DNA from: the human T2T-CHM13v2.0 reference genome, Homo sapiens
Strand: one strand, 5' to 3'
Assembly: GCF_009914755.1 (NCBI RefSeq)
Contig: NC_060930.1
Length of the DNA stretch: 64,000 bases
A program made the position numbers and the translations under genes. Each line of letters opens with the position of its first letter. Within the stretch, counting starts at the first letter, position 1. Under the pieces are notes generated by a model that was given only the letters and a program-made list of their open reading frames with translations, searched no databases and had not been told where the DNA came from. Below, one piece after another: positions 1 through 12,539 of this stretch.

Positions 1-76
1 GCCAAGGCAGAGAGTGGGTAAGTAGCTTGCCCAACACGGGTAATGAGGGACAGAGGTGGAGTTTAAACCCAAGTAG

Positions 77-396
<320 letters not shown>

Positions 397-684
397 TTTT
401 TTTTTTTTTTGAGATGGAGTTTTGCTCTATTTCCCAGGCTGAAGTATAGTGGCGTGATCTCCACTCATTGCAACCTCCGCCTCGGGTTCAAGCGAGTCTC
501 CTGCCTCGGCCTCCCGAGTAGCTGGGATTACAGGTGCCTACATTCACGCCTGGCTGATTTTTGCATTTTTAGTAGAGATGGGGTTTTACCATGTTGGCCA
601 GGCTGGTCTTGAACTTCTGACTTCAAGCGATCCACCCGCCTCGGCCTCCCACAGTCCTGGGATTACGGGCGTGAGCACCCGGCT
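397..684 (-). mobile_element. AluS, in tandem with the previous copy
   Basis: polyT followed by antisense Alu. Confidence 0.95.
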
Positions 685-1283
685 GCCCATACTCTTAATC
701 ACTACCCTGGAGTAGTTCTCAGTGCTGAGCCTCTAACTCCAAGCAAATGATAATTAAATAATTACCACAATATGCCCAAAGTTATTTTATTACAAGCAAA
801 TTTATGAAATGATGCAGTTTTTTTTCACATGGAAACTGGTTTCTTTTGTTTACCTTGGATGGATGTTTGTTTGGGAGTTGGCTGTTTTCATTTGTTAAAT
901 AAATATTTTAGTTGGGTGTTTGTGTAGCAAGTGATCTTGGTGGCTCCCTGCAGTGTGTCCTGCACTGGTGAGCACCTGGTGAGCATTCACTGAATGTGTC
1001 TGATGGATTTACCACACTCATCTGTGAACCTGTAGCTCAGCTAATCCCCCTAAATCTGTGAGTGGCCCTTCTCAGCTGCCCTGCAGGGGACTTTGTGGAG
1101 CAGGAATTTATTTTGACCAGCAAACTACCCTTGTGACTCATCACCAAGAGCTTCTATCATTCTCTAGCAGGATTTGGAAATTAAAGACACTTTGACTCAG
1201 AAATATCTTCCACACAGGGACTCATTAAATGAAACTAACATCCTGGTGGGCAAAGTGTAGGAGAAATAGTAAAAGTGGATTTC

Positions 1284-1586
<303 letters not shown>

Positions 1587-3790
1587 TGGATTTCATGGGC
1601 CATTGGAAGTCACTGTCTTAAGCAGTGCTTTGTACCTGGGGACTCCATCCATGTGTAAAGGATTAGTGAGCAGGATACACATAGGGAAATGTGTAGGGAG
1701 TGTGTGATTCTGATCTTTTTAGAGGCAAATCCAGTTTAAATGTGGAGAGTGGCACTATTTTGGCTTCCTAGCAATTCCAGGTCTAATGCTTACATTTAAG
1801 TAACAAAGATGTTTGCATTGATGAAGCATAACCTTGGCAATTCTTAAATTTGGGGATTGGATTGACTATATATATGCCCTTCAGTAAGCTATTAAATCAT
1901 CATGACCACTAGGTAAATGGTGGATTAACTACTATAAAGATTATTTATGAGTATTCCAACATCATTCATCTCCATCCCCTTATCAAGATTAATAGACAAA
2001 TTATTATCATTTGAATGAGAGCCAGAAGAGCCCTCCCTCCCTCCAATTAATGATGGGCTGGAAAAGAGCAAGGAGATCACTTTTTGTGATAATCTGTTTT
2101 AAATGTTAGGGGATTTTAAACATTCTTACATCAGAATCCATGAAGCACAACATTAATATTTATTTTGCTTAAAAGTTTGCAGTCATTTAGTAGCAATTAC
2201 TTTTATCTTTTCCTTAAGCTTTCTCAAAAACATTAAGGTTTAAAGAAAATAAAAGAACACTTTATTAAAATTTCTCTCTTTCTCTTCCTTGTTCTCTCTT
2301 TCTCTTGCTTGTTTTTTTGGTCATATATTAAACATATATCACGATATGGGCAAAATATTTTTTACAAGCTTCTTGACTGCCAGGGGATTAATCAAACTGG
2401 CTGTATGTGTCCTTTTAAACCAAGTAATTTGGGCGAAAGCTTGCAATTTTATGAATATGCTGGAAAATCTTACCTTTATTAGCTTGAGAAGTTTTCTCCA
2501 TCCTTAGGTAGCCAAAGACAATTTTACTCGGTTTTGTGGGGAACATTGGTATCAGAGGTGAAGTTCTTTCTGATCTGCAAGGTGGCCTTGAAATTATTTC
2601 TGTATTTCACCATATTACTATCAACAACATTTGTTTTCCTTTCAGCCAGGATGAGAATTGCTATCTGTTTTCAGAACTTGGAGGCAGACCTTTAGGGGTC
2701 AGAGAAAGCTGAGCATTTGGGTTCTAGAAACCTTTACACTGGGTGTATTTTTATTTCATTGTTAATATCTCGATATAGATTTGCTTTAATACATATAGGT
2801 GAACTTTGAGCTTCTGTATTTATTTTGGCATACATTTTTAGAGATTAAATTTATTTAAATTTTTAATAAAACATTAATGCAATTTAGGATTTTTAGTACA
2901 TGAAGTAAAAGTAAGTCTGCATCGAGGTCCCCAAAAAGCAACTGTAATTTGGCTGTATTGATTTACCAAGTCTAAAGTAAAATTTCACATTTGAAAATAA
3001 AGGAAAGGAAATGTAATTTTATGCTATGACTATAAAATTTCTCTCTATAGGAAATCACTGCATATTTCAAATTGGACTTAATCATAAAGAGAATAATTAA
3101 CTGACAGTTACAGCTGATGTTATTAATATTACTGTAAAAAGTCTGGGTTTGGCCATAAAGTATTTAGCAAGACTACCTTTTGGAATTCAAGACTATGAGA
3201 ACCACGTCTTGCTTGCACACTGCTCCATGTGAAACTCAGTGCCAGGCTCATGGAAATGGGACCATTTTAGGAGTCTTCCTGTGTATAAATTAAAGAGAGC
3301 AGAACTTACAGTTAAAAGTGGTAGAGCAATTTGTGTTTATCATTGCTTGCTGTCATGTTGCTACTATAATTACAATAAGAGAACAAAAAGGAATAAACTC
3401 CTGTGGTCAAATGGAAGTGGAAATGAAATAACCATTGATGGGGAAGAAAGACGATGGTGGAGTGGCTTTCTTATGCATCTCACAGATTTTGCAAGCCCTC
3501 TGATTGAAAGTTGCCAGGATTGTTTGAGGTTGGTTCAGGGGAAAGTGGGAGAAGTTTGAAGCTGAAAACTGAGAGTTTGGTTGAGAATCTTTAAACAGCA
3601 CACTTTGACTCTCAGAGCTTTCCCCTTCTTCCTCACCTGCACAGGAGAACAGAGATTTATATATTTTTTCTGGAAAAACTGAATTCCAACTTGGGATCCT
3701 TAGCCCAGAGAGCATGGCAAGGCTCTGAATAGACATCAGGAAGATTAACTGACACCAGGAGGTGCCCCAGTTCCTGAAGCTATACCTGTC

Positions 3791-4191
3791 TGCTATAGCT
3801 TGAAGTGTCCCCCGAATTTCATGTTTTGGAAATTTAATCCCCAGTGCAACAGTGTTTGGAGGTGGGGCCTAAAAATAGGTGATTAGGTCATGAGAGCTCT
3901 GCTCTCTTTCTTGAATGGATTAATGTCATTATTGCAGAAGTGGGTTAGTTATCTTGAGAATGGCCTTGTTATAAAAGTGAGTTTGACTCTCTCTTGCTTA
4001 CTTGCTGTCAGTGTATCCTGCCCTTTCACCTTTTTCCATGGGATGATGTAGCAAGAAAGCCCTCAGTAGATGCCAGTGCCATGCTTTTGGACTTCCCATC
4101 CTCCAGATCCTTGAGCCAAATAAATTTCTGTTCATTATAAATTACCCAGTCTGTGGCATTCTGTTGCAGTAGCATAGAATGGACTAAGACA
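3791..4191 (+). mobile_element. MST-family (ERVL-MaLR) solo LTR
   Basis: Termini tgctatag…ggactaagaca; aataaatttctgttcattataaattacccagt. Confidence 0.88.
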
Positions 4192-4399
4192 GCCTCCCAT
4201 CGCTGATCAGCCACCAATTAAAGAGTGCTTTTACTGGGAGTACAGTATAGTTACAGCACGTAAATTGATTACCTTACTTTGAGCCCACCAGTTGGTAGGT
4301 GACACCCAAGCCTATGCATTGTTGAGCCTCATTTTGAAATGGGAGGGGCTGCTAGGAGTCAGCAGATGTTTGAAAGCCTCCACCAGTAGACCTTATATT

Positions 4400-4810
4400 A
4401 ACACAAACAAAAGGAAGGAGCCACTTAGGGGAAATAGGAATGTGGCCTGTATCCTCAGAGAAGTAGGAAAATAATTGTGTCTTTGAAACAAGAACAGAAT
4501 GTGATAAAAAAAAAATCAGAGAATAAGAAAGAGATCTTGGAAATTAAAAGTGTGATATCAGAAATAAGATCTCAAGTAGAGATTGGAAGAGTGGATATAA
4601 AAGTGATAAGTAAAAAAAGTCTTATAGATAATGTCTGACTTGCAATCAGGAAGGAGTTTATAAGCATAGTATTTAGAAATGCATAATCTATTGTCAGAAG
4701 AAACAGATAACAGAGGAAAGGGGATGCCCAAGCCTGCTGCATTGTGTTATCATCTTATTTTATTGAAAACAAACTTAAGTGCATTTATTACTTGGATAAA
4801 AATTGAGAAA
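4400..4810 (+). mobile_element. HAL1/old L1 fragments
   Basis: atcctcagag…gaaacaagaacag…cttggaaattaaaa and atagtatttagaaat motifs. Confidence 0.6.
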
Positions 4811-6260
4811 TATATAATGAGATAGACTGTAGAAATCATTTTATTAAAACATTTTATTGATAGTACAGAAAATGCTGTACTGTTACTTTTTTTGGCAATT
4901 TCATAAAGCTCTGTGAATAACATGGTCCCTTAGTTTTTTTTTTTTAGTAGCCCTCTTTTCTCAGCACCAAATTCTTGCTGTTGTTAGGCATAGTCATCCT
5001 AATATTTTTTATACTTTCTGCCAGGCCTGAGAAGCTTCATGGCTTTAGAAATCATCTAAATCATCACATTGTGTGTGTGGCTGTAAATATCCAAATTATT
5101 TTGAGGCAAGTTTCTCCTCTGATGTGACGGCCATGTATTTTCCATATTGCTGATGATGATGGGAGTGTTTTCTCTGAGACATTTTACACTTGTGGTATAT
5201 TTAGCTCACTAGTAATGAATTACAAATGCAAGGAACTTGGAATCCTGAATGAATACTAGGAGCGAGCCGACTTTCAAGCTGAAATGGTCTCTTTCCAACA
5301 TTTTCTGGCTGATACACCACTTTTAATAGTAAGTGGCTTCCTTCTGCTCTTCTCCATCACTTGCAACCATGGATGGCTGTTGTGGTAACACGGACCCTCA
5401 CAGAATCTTAGATCTGGTAGATGCTTTAAGGGGCCAACCAGTCCAGTTATTTTCCCCTATCCCTGAGGAATCCCACTCAAGGAGGGAGAAAATGATTTTC
5501 TCAAGATGCACCTGTTCCTATGAGATGACTAGGGGTCCAAACTTGGCATTCTTTCTGCGTCTCTAGGCCACCTGGACCTGAAGGACAGTTCTGACTTTCC
5601 TTCAAATCTCATGCCGTTGTTGATGCTCGTCTGGTGGATTTGTACCTGAGAAGGGATGTTTCGGGAGGGATTTTAGGCTTCTGTCTGCTGTGTGAAGCCG
5701 AGGGGGTTTTGTGAATATTCTGTAAGAGATGTGACGCCTGTGGATGAAAGCAGACAGATCAGGCCGACCTTGGCTTGGAGTCTAAGTTTTAGAGACAGAA
5801 AACAGGGAGGGGGTGAAGGAGAGGGGAAATGGGAGGAGGAGAAGGAGGAGGGGTGCCAGGATCATTTCTTTTCCTGTTACGCATTTTCCTTTTGGCGGGA
5901 GAGAGTGAGAAAGCTCCTGAATGTAACTGGAGCTGCTGAACTGAACTGGTCAGAACCTGTCCTAATTTGTGTAAAAGAAATGCTGTGGTATTTATTCTTC
6001 CAGAGAAGCCCACATAACGCAACCAGGGCCTGCTGGCTGCCCTTGAGGTTCTGCAGAGCTTGGTTTTGGTGTCTTCTCTGAGCCTGTTTTCTGCTGAGGC
6101 AGCCCCTGGGTGTTGCCCACTGGCCTAACTCCCTCCAGGCTCGGCCTTTCGCCTCTCATCAAAGCTCTTTTTTCCCTGGATTTTAATGGTTGGCTGATTA
6201 AAGTAGTTCATAGTAAGGTGTTAATTATAACTCTTTCCGGTGGTTATGTGCATATATTCA

Positions 6261-6617
<357 letters not shown>

Positions 6618-6834
6618 CGGAAGTTAGATGGGGCTGAATTTCCAACTGCTAGGCTAGAACTAGGACAACACTGTGAGGGAAATCGGAGTGTAATACATTC
6701 CGCAACCCCACCTGTCTACTATCGCAACCCCACCTGTCTGCTATCCTCCCTTTGCAAGCCCAGGGCCTTGATGGTTCAAGGATGAGTCTTTCTAGAAAAA
6801 AGGGAGAGAAGTTTCTTTCCTTTTTTTTTTTTAA

Positions 6835-7010
6835 ACAAAAGAAAAACAAACATGTTTATTAAGATATGCGTAGTGCATACACATGGGAGTACCCAGACAT
6901 GAGTAATTCAAAGGGTTGGTTAGAACTGGGCTTATCTAGCATCTTAACAAAGGAACGATAACTTTTTAGAGAGGTGATGAAACAAAGGAAAATGACTTTA
7001 AGCTTCCAGG
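6835..7010 (-). mobile_element. ERV1-class LTR fragment (MER31-like)
   Basis: gtttattaa…acatgggagtacccag…gagtaattcaaag…gcatcttaacaaagg resemble this LTR group; subfamily uncertain. Confidence 0.45.
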
Positions 7011-7338
7011 TGTTACCAGAAGTTTCATCAAATCAAGAATATTCTTAGGAGTGTCAGGGGTGTCTAATAGTTGAGCTGTTAAGTAACTCTTAAACTTGTT
7101 AATGTCTCTTGGGAATTTCTTCTTTTAGAGTTGTTTTGTATTAAAACCAAGGAAATAAATATCTTTATTTGTTTTAAAAATAGTATCTTAATTTATTAAT
7201 TTTGTTTATTTTGCAAAGTCTTTTTAAGGAAATATTATTTCCTTTTACAATGAGTAAAAATACATTCATTCAGAACAAAATATAATTGTTTCTTGGTGCA
7301 TCAGATGTTTATATCTCATGATAGTGATCTGTTAATAG

Positions 7339-8006
<668 letters not shown>

Positions 8007-9592
8007 TGACAAATATTTTTAAATGCATAAAATAGAGTACATGGTATTCCATGCATACAGTTACCAAAATACTGAAAAAGTCTGTGAGAGAGTAGTATTT
8101 GCTGTTTCATTAGTGTGTTCAGTAAGAACTTCTAGCATCTCTAACCTCTCTACTCTTCTGAAATAACAACGAGCCAAATGGTATTTTCAAGATACCTGCT
8201 AGAGTTGTAAGGTGATGTGAAAATGGTTATGATTTTTGCTGGTGACACAGTCAAAGCTACCACTAATAATGTGTTTTGTGATCTGCCATCACAATGGAAG
8301 GAAATGCAAATTTCTGTTAGAGGTCAGTGAAAAGATCTAATTGCTTTTCCTGTCCAAGTTCATGGACCCCCTGCCTGGTAATAACCCCTGATAAAGATGA
8401 TGGCTTAAAATGAGTATTTGTTTCCTTAAACCTCAGCAGTGGCAGCAGTGTGCCACAGAGTGTTTCAAAAGAGACAACAATTTTAAATGGAAAGTAGTCT
8501 TGGGTGAATGCCCCATATGGCAGGCACTGCACTGGGTGTAGTTGACAAAACTGATGAGCTCTATGATGGCATCTGGCCTCTTGAGTGTGTAGACTAGTAC
8601 GAGAACCAGACATCAAATTGCAGAGCATACAAATAGTTGTTTAACTGCTTAGAGGGTAGACATTCTGCAGTGCTGTCATGGCAAATCACTCGGGGACTTC
8701 ATAGGGACCTGGAATGAGTGATAGTTTGAGTGGTCAGGGAAGGCCTTCTTGAGGAATCTATTCAAGTCCATAGTTCAAGGTGGTGGAGGGCACTGGCTGA
8801 AGGCAGAGCTGTGTGCAGGCTCTAAGCTGGCAGAACTTGGCCCACAGAAAGCCTGATTGAGGCCGGTGATTGGGAGTGAAGTGAGCAGAGGGCTGTGGAT
8901 TAAAATTGGCAGAAAGATGCAGTCTGCATTTCACTCAGTAGTATTTCTTATCCTGATTGAAGGGGCATGGTTTACCTCTTAGTTTGAGGGCATGTATTAT
9001 TTAGTGCATTAATGGATGGATCCCTAAAAGCATTAGGAATTAGTCTGGAGTATGTAGGTTGAAAAATAGGTTATAAAATTGATGAGAACAAGCTCTCTTG
9101 CAAGAGTTAGAAACATAAAAACAAATTTTTCTAAAGCTAAATTCCTTAACATTTTTCCTCACTCAGATTTCTATTTGGCTTGAATCTAAGGAAAACCTGA
9201 GAAGAGAGGAAGTGCTTGGCTTCTCTGTATACCAAGCAGTTTCAACAGTGGTGTTTGTAGAAATGCATACCTTGCTGTTCCTAGGCAGATAAGTGTTGTC
9301 ACACGTCTTCAGATTTTAAGGCGACAGGCTCCACACCTGGCAGAGGCTCAGACAGAGCAGACCAGGATTGGGCTATTCACAGAGGCAGGAATGTGACCAT
9401 TCTGGTCCGGGCAGTTGGGGAGGAACTCATCTATCCACGGTTCCCATACTGTTTGGCCCTGTTTTTCAATTTGACTCCATCAAAGCACATTCTCCAGCCG
9501 AGGGGTACACATCCCTTTGTGACTTCAGAAATCATGCACTGTTGGTTTGGGAGTCTTAACTACATTTGGAGGACACGCTGAGCCGACGAGAA

Positions 9593-9644
9593 ATGGAAGT
9601 GAGATCTGAATCCACAAACGGAGACGGCAGACAGTCACAGGCAG
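9593..9644 (+). CDS. UTRN: Candidate alternative coding first exon of utrophin (MEVRSESTNGDGRQSQA plus 1 nt)
   Basis: gaaATGG Kozak context, upstream in-frame TAA 9557-9559, phase-1 donor CAG|GTAAAG at 9644/9645, locally retained CpGs, apparently non-repeat DNA. Confidence 0.5.
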
Positions 9645-10574
9645 GTAAAGACTCATTGAGAATGTGGCTACTTAAATTTTGTCCACCTGTTCATTGAAAG
9701 GAAGCCGAGGCATGACTCTCCGCCAATAATTAGTGTGAAAATTACTGAGTTAACAGATTCTAAATTATTTTGTCCTCTGGGTGACCTAGGAAGTTTTTAA
9801 AAGACGTTTTTTCTAAATAATGTCATGAAATAAGATAGTTACATGTAAAGAATCTAACAAGGTCAGTCATTAAAAACATTTTCTAAATATGATTTATTTT
9901 GCTTACTAACCTTGTAAATCATCTAGGATAGGACCACTGTCAGCCTCAGAGCCTGGCACAGAACTTGGCACTTAATGCGTGTTTGTTGAATATGAATGGA
10001 TTGGGTCCAGTGTCTAATGATACGCTATGAAAGTTATTCCATCACTTCTCCGTGATGGAAAAAGATTTACCGAAAAGTGTCTGTTGTATGAAAGTCATAT
10101 GGGGTAGAAATTAAACTGTAAATGAGTTAAGGAGCTGTAACCTTGGCGCTATTCCAAATCTCCAACAATTGAGTAGTTAATTAGTGCCCCTGCATCCATT
10201 TAATTTGTCCATTTATCTCTTGGTTCGTTCACTGTCATTTATTTCTCTCTGCTGGTGCCAAGTTACGTGATAGGCTGCTGGGAGGCAGACAAGCAAGATC
10301 TCTGCTTGCAGGCTTTCAAACGCAGCGATTCAGCAGCGTGGTAAGACGTGTGCTCATGATACATACTATGTGCTGTGGGACCACAGGTCAGGAAGGATAA
10401 ACTCCCGGAGTTTTGCTCTTCCTCAGAGGGTCAAGGAATGTTTCCCAGAGAAGTGACTTGCAAAGTGGTAGAGAGGAATGTGGAAGGGAAGAATTCCAGG
10501 CTGAGGAGAAAGTGTTTGGAAAGGCAAATATTCAGTGAATCATATGGTGAGATGCCATTTTCAAATGTATAATG

Positions 10575-11010
10575 CACCTCCTTGCTCACTGTCCATCATT
10601 GCCCCATCCAGCCACACTGGTCAGCTTTCAGCTCTGGGAACAACCTCTGTTTACAGGGTCTTTCCTCCACCTGGAATACCGGCCCCCAGCTCTTGGCTAT
10701 CTCCTTCTCCTCCTTCTGGGATTGGGCATTGGATGAAATTGCACCTGCTTAGAGAAGCCTGTCCTGACACCCACCTGAAGTAGATTTTGTGCTGTTGTCT
10801 CCACCATCCACACTTGTCACCATTGCTCATTGCTTTTGTTCACTTGTTTGTTTACTTTAGTGTTGATAGGTCCCCAAGACTGTGCTCTCCATATGGGCAG
10901 GGACCAAGGTTGTCTTGTTCACGATTGTGTCCATAGTGCCTTGTACGGTGCCTGTTCTGTAGGGATGATAGATCCTTGTGAATGAATGAATGAGTGAATG
11001 AATGAATGAA
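10575..11010 (+). mobile_element. L2 3' end
   Basis: ccagccacactgg…gggcagggacc…gtgcct…(TGAA)n terminus. Confidence 0.75.
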
Positions 11011-11530
11011 AAGGCGGAGTCACTTAAAAGAACAAAAGCATTTGTAATAGACTTGCTATTCCTGTTTATTCTTTGAAATTTGAGGTAATTCTTAACTAGC
11101 CACTTAGGATCTCCATTAAGAACCCTAGTCAAGACCTTTGGGTATTACCTCAAAGTAAAACAAAGTGGGAGTATTTTGGATCTTTGGAAGTTAACTTGAA
11201 AAAATCTAAGGATTCTTTAAATTGAATATATAGGGAAGAGAGAACTCCTACTCAGAATACTTAAGTTACAAACACAAGAAAAATTCATAGATTAAAAAAA
11301 TTGAACAAAGAGTATCATTAAGTCAAACCGTTTTTAATAGTAATTTTGTAAAGTTATTTATGACACTATTTTTTATGTATATTCTCAGTTCTCTAAAACC
11401 TGATAATTTTGGTGATTTACTCTTATCTGTGCTTTGAACACTTTATTCTTATAATTAATATCATTATTTTTAACTTACTGAAACCTTTCAACTTACGTAA
11501 TCAGTAATGTTCTCATGCTGATATTAACCT

Positions 11531-11531
11531 T

Positions 11532-11570
<39 letters not shown>

Positions 11571-11862
11571 TTTGAGATGGAGTCTCATTCTGTCACTCAG
11601 GCTGGAGTGCAGTGGTGCGATCTTGGCTCACTGCAACCTCCACTTCCCGGATTCCAGCCAATTCTCCTGCCTTAGTCTCCCAAGTAGCTGGGATTACAGG
11701 CTCCCACCACCACACGTGGCTAATTTTCGTATTTGTATTTTTAGTAGAGATGGGGTTTTGTCATGTTGGCCAGGCCTGTCTCGAACTCCTGACCTCAGGT
11801 GATCCACCCACCTCGGCCTCCCAAAGTGCTGGGATTACAGGTATGAGCCACTGAGCTCAGCC
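11531..11862 (-). mobile_element. AluS with (TTTA)n tail
   Basis: TSD tgatattaacctttta. Confidence 0.95.
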
Positions 11863-12481
11863 TGATATTAACCTTTTAATTCAATACAGTCTTCCCATAA
11901 CAGACCTTCTCCCATTGATGGGCTCATTTTTATTGCTCTTTGTTCTCTACTGATTCTGTCAGTTTTTAGAGCCCATAAAATAGCTTCATTTCTATACCGT
12001 CTTATTCACATTCAGATTTTTCATATAGCATGTCACACACAGTATAAGACATTTTCCATAACATATTATGAGTTGATGATTTCTGTCATGTTGAAGAAGA
12101 TCATACAGCAACACTTATCTTGTAAATTCTCTTATAATGCCAGGTAAAAAAAATGTTATGTGAAATGGCACATTGAAAGAAAGGAAAATCTAAAGGTGGA
12201 TTGCTTAAATGATTGTGATTGTTTTTCCCATTGGATCTTCTGCAGATGAGAATTCCCTGCATAGATCACCCAAGGGGTGGCAGATCGGGCTTCTCAGTTT
12301 CAGCCAGGGGTGGACGGTTTGCATCTCCTGATGTGTTCATCAACAACATGATGAAGCCAGTGTCCTTGGCTACTGATTCCAACCTTTTGTTCTGTTCTTG
12401 GAGAAATGGGGAAAAAGATACACTTATATACTAGTGTAGATTTTGGTTATCTTTATTTGTGAAGAAAATTTTTTGTTTACC

Positions 12482-12539
12482 TCTCATTTTATTCATTCGT
12501 TCAGTAAATATCTCATTTTATTCATTCGTTCAGTAAATA
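12482..12539. repeat. Perfect 29-bp tandem duplication at an L2 tail
   Basis: tctcattttattcattcgttcagtaaata x2. Confidence 0.95.
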
